A stretch of 64,000 nucleotides of DNA. Origin: an uncultured Candidatus Rokubacteria bacterium (lineage in GTDB: Bacteria > Methylomirabilota > Methylomirabilia > Rokubacteriales > CSP1-6). Positions within the stretch are counted from its first letter, which is position 1, and each line of letters opens with the position of its first letter. Where the stretch lies: NCBI GenBank assembly GCA_963771355.1, contig CAVYTA010000006.1:2368001-2432000 (forward strand). The letters run 5' to 3'. Under the pieces are notes generated by a model, which saw only the letters and a program-made list of their open reading frames with translations, was not told the DNA's origin and did no database searches. The translations under genes and the position numbers were made by a program. Positions 19,081 through 29,309 of this stretch are shown one piece after another.

Positions 19081-19306
19081 GCCCTCTCCTTTTCTTCGTT
19101 CATGAGGAGCTCCTTCACGCGGGCCGCCACGGCTCACGCCCGTTCAACACCGGCATGATGACGTCCGTGACGAGCACGCGGATCGGTCCGGGGCCACGGC
19201 CCACCACCCCGAGTGCCTCCATGCCGTCGCGCGCTTCCAGCACATTGTATCCCGCCATCCGGAGGATTTCGTCCTTGTCCTCGACGACGAGGATGGTCTC
19301 CGCCAG
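19077..19306 (-). pseudogene. Internally deleted receiver-domain remnant
   Basis: Manual translation LAETILVVEDKDEILRMAGYNVLEARDGMEALGVVGRGPGPIRVLVTDVIMPVLNGRE, then in another frame VAARVKELLMNEEKERA*. Not in the ORF track. Confidence 0.75.
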
Positions 19307-19447
19307 TCGAGCGAGATGACCCGCCGCGGGGCGGGGATTCCGCGCCTATAGTAGTCAGCGCGGGGAACCCGTCAAGTCTATTGCGCTCTCGGCGGGTGGC
19401 GGTATACCGTTTAATCCGCAGTCGCGGCAACCGGAGGAAAGCCAACC

Positions 19448-20578
19448 ATGACGGAAGGAAGCGCGCTCATCCGCGGCCTCGAGGGCGTCGTCGCCGCCGA
19501 GACCCGACTCTGCGACCTCGATGGGCGGAATGGCCGCCTCGCGTATGGCGGCTACGACATCGACGAGCTGGCGCGGCAGTCGAGCTTCGAGGAGGTCACC
19601 TACCTCCTCTGGCACGGCGAATTGCCCAAGCCGGCCGAGCTGGACCGATTCCGTCTCGAGCTGGCGGCGGCCCGGCCCATCCCGCCCGCGCTGACCGAGG
19701 CCTTCCGCCTCATGCCGCGCGACACCGATCCCATGCGCGTGCTCCAGGCCGCGGTGGCCATCCTCGGCATGCACGATCTCGACGCCACCGACAACTCTCG
19801 CGCGGCCAATCTGGGGAAGGCGGCGCGCCTCACCAGCCAGATCGCCACCGCGATCTGCGCGCACCACCGGGTGCGGAGCGGCGAGTCGCCGGTGCCCCCC
19901 TCTCCCGATCTCCCTCTCGCCGCGAATTTCCTCTACATGCTCTCGGGCCAGCGCCCGTCGGACGTGGCCGCGCGCGCGCTCGACGCGAGCCTCATTCTCT
20001 ACGCCGAGCACGAGCTGAACGCGTCCACCTTCACCACCCGCGTGATCGCGGCCACCCTGTCCGACATGCACTCGGCGGTGGCGGGCGGCGTGGGGGCGCT
20101 CAAGGGCACGCTTCACGGCGGCGCCGGCGAGGCGGTGATGCGGACGCTCATCGAGATCGGGCGCGTGGACAACGTCGATCCCTGGGCGGACACGGCCCTG
20201 GCGGAGAAGCGGCGGCTCATGGGCTTCGGCCATCGCGTCTACACCGCGGGCGATCCGCGCGCGGCCATCCTGCGCGGGCTGGCGGAGGCGGCCTGCCGCC
20301 AGTCCGGTCAGGGCATGTGGTACGACATGGCGGTGCGGCTGCACGCCCGGATCAATGCGGCGAAGAAGCTCATCCCCAACGTGGATTTCTACTCCGCGCC
20401 CCTCTTCTACGCCATCGGCATACCGGTGGACCTCTTCACCCCCGTCATCACCGCCGCTCGTATCGCGGGGTGGACGGCCAATCTCCTCGAGCAGTACGAT
20501 GACAACCGCCTCATCCGGCCGCGGGCGGACTACAAGGGTCCGGCCCGCCGCGCCTATCAGCCGGTTGGCAAACGTTAG
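19448..20578 (+). CDS. Citrate synthase / 2-methylcitrate synthase (short dimeric type)
   Basis: GLEGVVAAET, EHELNASTF, LHGGA, MGFGHRVY, PNVDFYS, LIRP. Confidence 0.93.
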   Translation: MTEGSALIRGLEGVVAAETRLCDLDGRNGRLAYGGYDIDELARQSSFEEVTYLLWHGELPKPAELDRFRLELAAARPIPPALTEAFRLMPRDTDPMRVLQAAVAILGMHDLDATDNSRAANLGKAARLTSQIATAICAHHRVRSGESPVPPSPDLPLAANFLYMLSGQRPSDVAARALDASLILYAEHELNASTFTTRVIAATLSDMHSAVAGGVGALKGTLHGGAGEAVMRTLIEIGRVDNVDPWADTALAEKRRLMGFGHRVYTAGDPRAAILRGLAEAACRQSGQGMWYDMAVRLHARINAAKKLIPNVDFYSAPLFYAIGIPVDLFTPVITAARIAGWTANLLEQYDDNRLIRPRADYKGPARRAYQPVGKR

Positions 20579-20598
20579 CTCTCCGTGTGTCCGCGGAT

Positions 20599-20704
20599 GG
20601 GGGGAGAGCGGGGGCCCGACGGTCGTCCGCCGACGGGGGGAGAGCGGGGGCCCGACGGTCGTCCGCCGACGGGGGGAGAGCGGGGGCCATTCGAGGCCCC
20701 CGCT
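20599..20704. repeat. 36-bp tandem repeat (2.5 copies) ending in a REP-like hairpin
   Basis: GGGGGGAGAGCGGGGGCCCGACGGTCGTCCGCCGAC at 20599 and 20635, partial at 20671; stem AGCGGGGGCC-ATTCGA-GGCCCCCGCT at 20679-20704. Confidence 0.9.
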
Positions 20705-20722
20705 GATGGTAAACAAGCGCGT

Positions 20723-22659
20723 ATGAACCTGACGCAAAAGCTCGTGACCGCCCACCTGGTCTCCGGCAAACCGTGCCCGGCGAGGAGATCGGCCTCCGCG
20801 TGGACCAGTGCCTGCTCACCGATACCAATGGCAGCATGGCCTGGCTGCAGTTCGAGGCGATGGAATACCCGCGGGTGATCCCGAAGGTGGTGGTCACCTA
20901 CATCGACCACAACGTCTACCAGACCGACTCGCGGAACACGGACGATCACCGCTACCTGCAGACGGCGGCGCGGCGCTACGGCTCCTGGTTCTCCAAGCCT
21001 GGCAACGGCATCTGCCATCAGGTACATTTCGAGACCTTCAGTGTGCCGGGGCAGTTCGTGCTGGGCACCGACAGCCACACTCCGCTGTGCGGCTCCACCG
21101 GCATGCTGGCCATCGGCGCGGGCGGGCTCGACGTGGCGGTGGCCATGGGCGGCGGCGCCTATCACCTGCCCATGCCCAAAGTGGTGCGGGTCTGGCTCAC
21201 GGGTGAGCTCCCGCCCTGGGTGCACGCGAAGGACGTGATTCTCGAGCTGCTGCGCCGCTACTCGGTGCGCGGTGGCAGCGGGAAGATCTTCGAGTACGGC
21301 GGCCCCGGCGCGGCCACGCTGTCCCTGCCCCAGCGCGCCACCATCTGCAACATGGGCGCGGAGCTGACGCTGACCACGAGCGTGTTTCCCTCGGACGAGG
21401 CCACCCGCGGGTACTTCGCCCTCCTCGGCCGCGAGGCGGAGTGGCGGCCCCTGGCTGCCGATCCCGACGCGGAGTACGACGAGCAGATCGAGCTCGATCT
21501 CTCCGCGCTGGTGCCCCTGGTGGCGCTGCCCGCGTCTCCGGACAAGGTGGTCCCGGTGAGCGAGGTGGAAGGCACCGCGCTCGAGCAGGTCATGGTCGGC
21601 TCCTGCACCAACTCCTCCTGGGAGGACATGTGGGCGGTGGCGCGGACCATTCGCGGCGAGCGTGTGTCGGGGGCGGTGTCCTTCGTGGTCTTCCCCGGCA
21701 GTAGCCGCATCCTCGAGATCATGTCGCGCGAGGGGCTCCTCACCGATCTCCTTGCCGCCGGCGCCACCGTGTCCGAGCCCACCTGCGGCTCCTGTGCGGG
21801 CATCGGGCACGTGCCCGCAGCCGGGGGCAAGAGCCTGCGCGCCTTCAACCGGAATTTCCCCGGTCGAAGCGGCGTGAAGGACGATCAGATCTATCTCTGC
21901 TCGCCGCTCACCGCCGCCGCCTCCGCGCTCACCGGCGTCATCACCGATCCGCGCCAGCGCGGCGCGCCGCCGGCGCGCTACTACCCGGCCTCCCTCACCG
22001 CCTCGGACGCGGGTCTACTCCCGCCCGCGGCGGCCACGGAAGCGGCAGCGACGACCGTGCTCAAGGGGCCCAATATCAAGCCGGTGCCCCGCGGCCGTCC
22101 GGTGGAGGCGACGCTCCGGGCGCCGGTCCTCCTCAAGCTGGGGGACAAGGTCTCCACGGACGACATCTCGCCCTCCGGCACGGCGGCGCTGATCTTCCGC
22201 TCGAACGTGCCCGCCATCTCCGAGTTCACCTTCAAGAACGTGGACGCGGACTTCGTGGCCCGCGCCCGCGCCGCCGGCACGGGCGTGCTCGTGGGCGGCG
22301 AGATCTACGGCCAGGGCTCCTCGCGCGAGGCGGCGGTGCTCTCTCCGCTGCACCTCGGCGTGCGCGCGGTGCTGGCCAAGAGCTTCGCCCGCATCCATCG
22401 CGCCAACCTCATCAACTGGGGGCTGGTGCCGCTCGAGTTCGAGGATCCGGCCGACTACGCGGCCATCGAGCGGGACGATATTCTGCGCTTCGACGATCTC
22501 CGCGCCGCGCTCGAGGCCGGACGCCGGATCGCGGTGACCAACGAGCGCACCGGGCGGACGTTCCCGGCACGCTGCCTGCTGACGCCCCGCGAGCGCGATA
22601 TCCTCCTGGCCGGCGGCCTGCTCGCGCAAACCGCGGACCAGGTGAAAGAGACCGCATGA
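20723..22659 (+). CDS. Aconitate hydratase family (short ~645 aa 'putative aconitase' type); indel near 20775
   Basis: MNLTQKLV.. joins PGEEIGLRVDQ after a frameshift; YIDHN, GICHQ, GTDSHT, GSCTN, CGSCAG, NRNFPGR, STDDISP, GQGSSRE, SFARIH. Confidence 0.92.
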
Positions 22660-23756
22660 CCCAGCGGCGCGTCCCCGCCGTCTACATGCGCGGCGGCACC
22701 AGCCGCTGCCTCGTCTTCCACGAGCGGGACCTCCCTCCGGCGGGCCGCGAGCGGGACGCGATCCTTCTCGGCGCGCTCGGCAGCCCCGATCCCTATGCGC
22801 GGCAGCTCGACGGGCTCGGCGGCGGGATCTCGTCCCTGTCCAAGGCGGTGATCATCGGCCCCACCACCCTGCCCGGGGCCGACGTGGACTACACCTTCGC
22901 CCAGGTGCACGTGACCCGCTCGGAGGTGGACTACACGGGCAATTGCGGCAACTGCTCCTCGGCCGTCGGCCCCTTCGCCATCGAGGAAGGCCTGGTCCCC
23001 GCCCGCGAGGGCGAGACCGTGGTCCGCATCCACAACACCAATACCAAGAAGCTCATCGTGTCCCGCGTCCCCGTCGCCGGCGGCGCGCCCGCGGTGCGCG
23101 GCGACTTCGAGCTGCCCGGGGTCGCGGGGCGCGGCGCACGCATCGCCCTGGACTTCGTGGAGCCCGGCGGCGCCGGCACCGGTCGGCTCCTGCCCACCGG
23201 GCACCCCCGCGATACCGTGGAGGGCGTGACGGCGTCCCTGGTCGACGCCTCCATCCCCATGATCTTCGTCCGCGCCGCGGATCTCGGCATGACCGGCACC
23301 GAGACGCCGTCGGACGTGGACGCCGACGCCGCGCTCTGCGCGCGACTGGAGGCCCTCCGCGTGGCGGCGGCCCGCCTCATGGGCATCCCCGGCAGCGCGG
23401 CCACGCCCAAGGTTGCGGTGGTGACGGCACCGACGGCCTTCACCGCGCTGGACGGTGTCCGTCACGAGGCTTCGGCCGCCGACGTGGTGGGCCGCGCCAT
23501 GTCCATGGGCAATTGCCATCGCGCCTTCCCCCTCACCGCGGCCATGTGCCTCGCGGTGGCCGCGCGCGTCGAGGGCAGCGTGGTCCACGAGTGCTCCACG
23601 GCGGGGGCCGGCAAGGACGTGCGCCTCGGCCACCCCTCCGGCGTGCTACCGCTGGACGCCGCGGTGACGCGGCCGGGCGGCGACTATCACGCCGAGCGGG
23701 TCACGGTCTACCGCACCGCCCGCCGCCTCATGGAGGGCTGGATCCGTATCCCGTGA
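22656..23756 (+). CDS. prpF: PrpF/FldA family isomerase
   Basis: MRGGTS, GSPDP..QLDGLGGG.SSLSK, NCGN, GHPSG, RTARRLMEG; ATGA overlap with the aconitase. Confidence 0.9.
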   Translation: MTQRRVPAVYMRGGTSRCLVFHERDLPPAGRERDAILLGALGSPDPYARQLDGLGGGISSLSKAVIIGPTTLPGADVDYTFAQVHVTRSEVDYTGNCGNCSSAVGPFAIEEGLVPAREGETVVRIHNTNTKKLIVSRVPVAGGAPAVRGDFELPGVAGRGARIALDFVEPGGAGTGRLLPTGHPRDTVEGVTASLVDASIPMIFVRAADLGMTGTETPSDVDADAALCARLEALRVAAARLMGIPGSAATPKVAVVTAPTAFTALDGVRHEASAADVVGRAMSMGNCHRAFPLTAAMCLAVAARVEGSVVHECSTAGAGKDVRLGHPSGVLPLDAAVTRPGGDYHAERVTVYRTARRLMEGWIRIP

Positions 23757-23804
23757 CGGCGCGGACCTTCGGGGTTACTGTCGGGTGGACGAGGTGACCC
23801 GGTG

Positions 23805-24791
23805 ATGGACCGGCGGATATTCATCGGCAGCCTCGCTCTCGGCTCATTCGCGGTGCCGCGCGTCACCCCGGCCCAGTCTACGCGCAAGGTCTCTATCGGG
23901 ATCATCGGCCTTATGGCGACCTCCAACCTGGTGGGCCCTCAGCCGCGGAGCCCATCTACCAGCGCGTTCGTGAGCGGATTGCGCGAGCTCGGCTACGTGT
24001 ATGGAGAGCATTTCGTGACCGAGCCGCGCGGGACGGACGGCAGGCCCGACCGCTTCCCCGGCCTGGCCGCCGAGCTGGTCCGTCTCCAGGTGGACGTGAT
24101 CGTCGCCCCTGGGCCAGCGCTACCCGCCCTCAAGCAGGCAACCTCGGCCATCCCCATCGTCATGGCGGGCGCCGCGGACCCCGTGGGCTCGGGCTATGTC
24201 CAGAGCCTTCGGCACCCAGGGGGGAACGTCACGGGACTGAGCCTTCAATCGGTCGAGACGACCGGGAAGCGGCTCGAGGTGCTCAGGGAGCTCGTCACGT
24301 CTTCGGCACCAGTGGCGGTTGTCTGGGACCGGACCACTCGCAACTATTGGCAGGCGGCCGAAGCCGCCGCCCGGGAGCGGGGATGGAAACTCGTGTCGCT
24401 CGAGATTCGAGATGTTGGCGAGATCGAGGGGGTCTTCAAGGCGGCGACGGGCGCCCGGGCCGGCGCTCTCCTCTTATCCGCAGCCGCGCTCCTCTTCCCT
24501 CACGCCCGGCGCGTCGCGGAGCTGGCCGCCAGGAGCCGGCTCCCGACCATGTACGAGCTCCGACCCTATGTCGAGGCCGGCGGGCTGATCTCCTATGGCG
24601 CGGACGTCGTCGACATCTGGCGGCGCGCGGGGGTCTTCGTCGACAAGATCCTGAAGGGCGCTAAGCCCGCCGACCTGCCGGTCGAACAGCCCTCGAAGTT
24701 CGAGACGGTCATCAACCTCAAGGCCGCGAAAGCCCTCGGTCTCACGGTCCCGCAGTCGCTGCGTCTGCGGGCGGACGAGGTGATCCAGTGA
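23805..24791 (+). CDS. Orphan ABC-type substrate-binding protein (COG2984-like)
   Basis: MDRRIF Tat-like start; GLRELGYV.G, PGGNVTG, GGLISYG, VDKILKGAKPADLPVEQP, INLKAAKALG. Confidence 0.9.
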   Translation: MDRRIFIGSLALGSFAVPRVTPAQSTRKVSIGIIGLMATSNLVGPQPRSPSTSAFVSGLRELGYVYGEHFVTEPRGTDGRPDRFPGLAAELVRLQVDVIVAPGPALPALKQATSAIPIVMAGAADPVGSGYVQSLRHPGGNVTGLSLQSVETTGKRLEVLRELVTSSAPVAVVWDRTTRNYWQAAEAAARERGWKLVSLEIRDVGEIEGVFKAATGARAGALLLSAAALLFPHARRVAELAARSRLPTMYELRPYVEAGGLISYGADVVDIWRRAGVFVDKILKGAKPADLPVEQPSKFETVINLKAAKALGLTVPQSLRLRADEVIQ

Positions 24792-25942
24792 TCTCGATGT
24801 TCACGCCCGAGCACGACCTGTTGCGCAAGAGCGTGCGCGCCTTCGTGGAGAAAGAGGTCACGCCGCACGTCACCGAGTGGGAGGAGGCGGGGCGGATCCC
24901 GCGGGAGTTCTGGCGGCGACTGGGCGAGCTAGGGTTCCTCGGCCTGGAGTTCCCGCCGGAGTACGGTGGCGCGGGCGGCGATTTCGTGTCGAGCGTGGTG
25001 CTGGGCGAGGAGATGGCGCGCTGCCGATCGGGCGGGGTGGCCTTCAGCGTGCTGGTGCACACCGACATGTCCTCGCCCTGGCTCACCCGCTACGGGACGG
25101 ACGCGCAGAAGGAGAAGTACCTGCCCGGCATCATCAAGGGCGACACCGTGTGCGCGCTCGGGATCACGGAGCCGGGGACGGGATCGGACATGGCGGCGCT
25201 GTCCACCCGCGCGGTCAAGGACGGCGACCACTACCGGCTCACCGGCAGCAAGACCTTCATCACCAACGGGGTCTACGGCGACCTCTACTTCGTCGCCGCG
25301 CGGACAGCGCCGGGGACCCCCGGACGGCGTCACGACGGCCTCTCCATGTTCCTCGTCGAGCGCGGGCAGCCCGGCTTCACCGTGAGCCGCAAGCTCGACA
25401 AGATGGGCATGCGCGCCTCCGACACCGCCGAGCTCGCCTTCCACGACTGCGCGGTGCCGGCGGAAAACCTGCTGGGCATCGAGGGGCGCGGCTTCCAGCA
25501 GCTCGCCACCGGCCTCCAGCGCGAGCGCATCATGGCCGCGGTGCTGGCGCTGTCCGGCGCCGCGCAGGCGCTGGAGGACACGCTGGCGTACCTTCGCGAG
25601 CGGCAGGCCTTCGGCGAGCCCCTCAGCCAGAAGCAGGCGCTGCGGCACAAGGTCGCCGACATGGCGACCGAGATCGAGGCGGCCCGCCAGCTCGTCTATC
25701 ACGCGGTGGCGTGCTCTATCGCCGGGGCGGAGGACTCAGCGACCAAGGTCTCGATGGCCAAGCTCTATGCCACGGAGGTCGCCAACCGAGTGGCGTATGG
25801 AGCCGTCCAGCTGCACGGCGGCTATGGCTATATGCGAGAGTTCCCGGTGGAGGGCTTCTTCCGTGACGTGCGGCTCTGGACCATCGCCTCGGGGACGTCG
25901 GAGATCATGAAAGAGATCATCGCCAAGAAGCTCCTGCCGTGA
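24788..25942 (+). CDS. Acyl-CoA dehydrogenase
   Basis: [39 protein letters not shown]. Confidence 0.95.
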   Translation: MISMFTPEHDLLRKSVRAFVEKEVTPHVTEWEEAGRIPREFWRRLGELGFLGLEFPPEYGGAGGDFVSSVVLGEEMARCRSGGVAFSVLVHTDMSSPWLTRYGTDAQKEKYLPGIIKGDTVCALGITEPGTGSDMAALSTRAVKDGDHYRLTGSKTFITNGVYGDLYFVAARTAPGTPGRRHDGLSMFLVERGQPGFTVSRKLDKMGMRASDTAELAFHDCAVPAENLLGIEGRGFQQLATGLQRERIMAAVLALSGAAQALEDTLAYLRERQAFGEPLSQKQALRHKVADMATEIEAARQLVYHAVACSIAGAEDSATKVSMAKLYATEVANRVAYGAVQLHGGYGYMREFPVEGFFRDVRLWTIASGTSEIMKEIIAKKLLP

Positions 25943-25954
25943 GGAGAGCCTGAC

Positions 25955-26989
25955 ATGAGCGCCGCGCTTCCGCCACTGTACACGCACGTGATGGGCAGCC
26001 ACGGGTTCCCCGGCTGGTTCTGGACGGCCCTCGACAAGATCAAGGCGGGCGAATACGGGCAAACCGACGTCCGGGAAAGCTTCGACGACGCGACCCAGCT
26101 GGCCATCCGCGACCAGGAGCGCGCCGGGATCGACGTCCTCTGCGACGGCGAGATGCGCCGCTTCTTCTTCGTCCAGACCTTCTACGGAAAGATGGAAGGG
26201 CTGGAGATGCTGGAGCCGCTCCGGAAGACCGGCCTCTATGCCTACGACAGCGTGCCGCGCTACCGTCCCACCGGGAAGATCCGGGTGCCCAAAGGCCTCG
26301 GGACCGCCGACGAGTTCACCTACCTCAAGACCCAGACCGACAAGCCGGTCAAGGCCACCTGTCCGGGGCCGGTCACGCTCTCCATCCACGTCCAGACGCG
26401 CCCGGGCGATGCCTACAACAACGACCGCCTGGCGCTCTGCTGGGACCTGGTGCCCGCGGTCAACGCCGAGCTCAAGGCACTGGTCGCGGCCGGCGCGGAC
26501 TGGATCCAGATCGACGAGCCCTCGGCCGCCATCGTCCCCGGGCAGGCTCCCGAGTACGTGAAGATGTTCAACGCCTGCGTGGAGGGCGTCAAGGCGAAGA
26601 TCGGCTACCACGTGTGCTTCGGGAATCTCCTCTCCCGCCCGCGCGGCAAGCGCAGCTACCGCTGGATGTTCCCGGCGCTGCTGGACACCAAGTGTGACCA
26701 GTTCGTCTTCGAGTACGCCAACCGCGAGATGGCGGAGATCGAGATGTGGAAGGAGATCGGGGTGGACCGCGAGGTGGCCTGCGGGGTGGTTGACGTCAAG
26801 TCCTTCTACATGGAGACTCCCGAGGACGTGGCGGAGCGGATCCGGCTCTGTCTCAAGCACATCCCGGCCGAGCGGCTGTCGCTGGTGCCCGACTGCGGCT
26901 TCTTCCCGGTGCCGCGCTGGGTCGCGTTCGAGAAGCTCAAGCGGCTGACGGCGGGCGCGCGGCTGGCGCGCGCCGAGCTACGAGGCTAA
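25955..26989 (+). CDS. Cobalamin-independent methionine synthase 'core'/catalytic-barrel family Zn enzyme, paralogue 1
   Basis: DQERAGIDVLCDGEMRR, GPVTL, IQIDEP, HVCFGN, FVFEYA, GVVDVKS, PDCG; 344 aa single barrel. Confidence 0.9.
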   Translation: MSAALPPLYTHVMGSHGFPGWFWTALDKIKAGEYGQTDVRESFDDATQLAIRDQERAGIDVLCDGEMRRFFFVQTFYGKMEGLEMLEPLRKTGLYAYDSVPRYRPTGKIRVPKGLGTADEFTYLKTQTDKPVKATCPGPVTLSIHVQTRPGDAYNNDRLALCWDLVPAVNAELKALVAAGADWIQIDEPSAAIVPGQAPEYVKMFNACVEGVKAKIGYHVCFGNLLSRPRGKRSYRWMFPALLDTKCDQFVFEYANREMAEIEMWKEIGVDREVACGVVDVKSFYMETPEDVAERIRLCLKHIPAERLSLVPDCGFFPVPRWVAFEKLKRLTAGARLARAELRG

Positions 26990-27013
26990 CGCTCAATGAC
27001 GAGGGAGGACAGG

Positions 27014-28294
27014 ATGGCGACGAGCAGACGCGATTTTCTCAAGGTGGCCGGGGTGGCGGCGGCGGCGGGGGCGACTGGCTTCCCGGCCACGGCGGGGGCC
27101 CAGGCGCGGCCGGGAGTGCCGGCGGATCCCGTCAAGATCGGCGTCATCGCCATCCGCGCGGGCATCGCGGCGCCCGTGGGCGCGGCGGGGCTCCGCGGGA
27201 CCGAGTGGTGGGCGGATCGTGTCAACAAGTCCGGCGGCATCCTGGGCCGTCAGGTGCAGCTGGTCGTCGAGGAAGAGTCCACGCCCAAGGACACCGTCGA
27301 GCGCTACCGCAAGCTCATCCTCCAGGACAAGGTCGAGGTCGTCATCGGCGGCATCTCGACGGGCGTGACGCTCGCCCTCGCCGCGGTCGCCGAGGAGATG
27401 GACACGCCGTGGCTGTCCTGGGACGGGACCACCCAGAAGGGCGTGGAAGAGACCATGCCCAATCCCAAGTGGGCCTTCAAGAGCGTGGACAACGAGGTCG
27501 AGGCCATCGTGGCCGGCATCCTCACGCCCAAGTACTTCAAGGGCATCAAGACGGTGGCGGGGATCGGCAACGACTACTCCTACGGCCATGACTGCTGGGA
27601 GACCTACCAGGCGGTGCTCAAGCGCTATATCCCCGACGTGAAGTTCGTGCTCGAGCTCTTCCCCAAGCTGGGCGTCACCGACTTCACCTCTCACATCGCG
27701 GCGATCCAGCAGTCGAAGGCGGATCTCCTCATGTGCTCGTTCTGGTCCGGCGACGCCACCATCATCATGAAGCAGGCCGCCGCGGTCGGGCTCTTCAAGA
27801 CCATGAAGGGCGTGTTCACCACCGCGGGCGGCGTCCACGACTCGCTCAAGAAGGAGTTCACCCCCGAGGGGCTCCTGCTCGGCTACAACACCATGTACTT
27901 CGACGACCCGAAGGGCAGCGCGCTGCTCAAGCAGTTCGTCCGCGAGTACAAGGCCAAGTACAACGAGTACCCGCCCTACGAGTGCGACCATGCCTACTTC
28001 AACGCCGAGAGCTACAAGGGCGCGGTGGAGAAGGCGTACGCGCAGACCAAGCAGTGGCCGACCAAGGCGCAAGTGGTCAAGGCGCTCGAGGGCATCGAGG
28101 TCGAATCGCTCTCGGGCATGCGCTCCTGGCGGCCGGACCATGTCCAGATGTGCAACTTCTACCAGGGCATCACCACCCACAAGAACAGCTACGACTTCGC
28201 CACCATCAATCCCATCGAGGTGGTCTCCACCAAGACCGCGATGAAGCCCGCCGGCGCCAAGCTCCTCGACTGGATCGGTTCCTGGAAGATCTGA
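27014..28294 (+). CDS. Branched-chain-amino-acid-type ABC substrate-binding protein (Tat signal)
   Basis: SRRDFLK Tat motif; VKIGV, GGILGR, NDYSYG, DFTSHI. Confidence 0.92.
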   Translation: MATSRRDFLKVAGVAAAAGATGFPATAGAQARPGVPADPVKIGVIAIRAGIAAPVGAAGLRGTEWWADRVNKSGGILGRQVQLVVEEESTPKDTVERYRKLILQDKVEVVIGGISTGVTLALAAVAEEMDTPWLSWDGTTQKGVEETMPNPKWAFKSVDNEVEAIVAGILTPKYFKGIKTVAGIGNDYSYGHDCWETYQAVLKRYIPDVKFVLELFPKLGVTDFTSHIAAIQQSKADLLMCSFWSGDATIIMKQAAAVGLFKTMKGVFTTAGGVHDSLKKEFTPEGLLLGYNTMYFDDPKGSALLKQFVREYKAKYNEYPPYECDHAYFNAESYKGAVEKAYAQTKQWPTKAQVVKALEGIEVESLSGMRSWRPDHVQMCNFYQGITTHKNSYDFATINPIEVVSTKTAMKPAGAKLLDWIGSWKI

Positions 28295-28310
28295 CGGCGC
28301 GGTGCGCGCA

Positions 28311-28387
28311 GGGCGGCAGGCGGGGGCGCCGCGCTCGCGGCGAATGCTGTACTGAGCAAGCGAGTGCGGCGCCCCCGCCTGCCGCCC
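28311..28387. repeat. Long intergenic inverted repeat (28-bp arms, 21-nt loop)
   Basis: GGGCGGCAGGCGGGGGCGCCGCGCTCGC (28311-28338) pairs with 28360-28387 with a single G-U mismatch. Confidence 0.9.
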
Positions 28388-28421
28388 GGAACCTTCCTCA
28401 GCTCGCCAGATCCTCGAAGAC

Positions 28422-29309
28422 TTGACCGCGAATCTCGTCAACGTGCTGATGAGCGGCATCTTCCATGCCGCCATCCTCTTCCTGGTCGCGGCGGGGCTGC
28501 AGGTGGTGTTCGGCGTGCAGAAGATCTTCAACCTCGCGTGCGGCTCCTTCTATGCCCTGGGCGCCTACACCGGCGTCACCGCTGTCCAGTACTTCATCGG
28601 CCACGGCGGGCCGCCGGCGCTCTTCATCCTTCCCCTCGTGCTGGGCGGCCTCGCCGCCGGCCTGATCGGCATCGTCGTCGAGCGCGGCCTGCTCCGGTTC
28701 GTCTACGACCGCGACGAGACGTTCCAGCTCCTGCTGACCTTCGCGCTGGTCCTCATGCTCGAGGACCTGATCCGCATGACCTGGGGGACGGCGCCCGTCT
28801 CCACGGGAGGGCTCTACCTCAACTACGGCCAGGCGCGGATCGCCGGCGCGACCGTGCCCGTGTACAACCTGATCGTGATCGCGGCCAGCCTCGCGATGGC
28901 GCTCGGCATCGGCTGGCTGCTGACCCGAACCGCGTTCGGGCGCATCATCCGCGCCGCCGCCGACAACCGCGAGATGGCCAGGCGCTGGGCGTGGACATGC
29001 GCTCGGTGTACATCCGCGTCTTCACGCTGGGGACCATGCTGGGGACGCTCGGGGGCGCCCTCGTCATCCCGTCCACCGCCGCCATGAGCGAGATGGGCAT
29101 CGAGCTGATCGTCGAGGCCTTCGCGGTGGTGGTGATCGGGGGGCTCGGCAGCATGCGCGGGGCCTTCGTGGGGGCGCTCGGGGTGGGCGTGCTGCGCTCG
29201 GTCGCCATCTCGGTCTACCCCGAGCTCGAGATGCTCCTGATCTACCTCATCGTGATCGCCGTGCTCATCTGGCGCCCGCAGGGGCTCTTCGGGGCCGCCG
29301 CCGGCATGA
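28422..29309 (+). CDS. livH: BCAA-type ABC permease (frameshifted ~28980 and near end)
   Basis: FLVAAGLQVVFG, NLACG, FGRIIRA; continues in another frame as ALGVD...VVVIGGLGSMRGA...RPQGLFG. Confidence 0.85.

Noticed and set aside
20599..20688. 36-bp repeats as a CRISPR array
   Set aside because: Copies are directly adjacent with no unique spacers, there are only 2.5 copies, and no cas operon is present.
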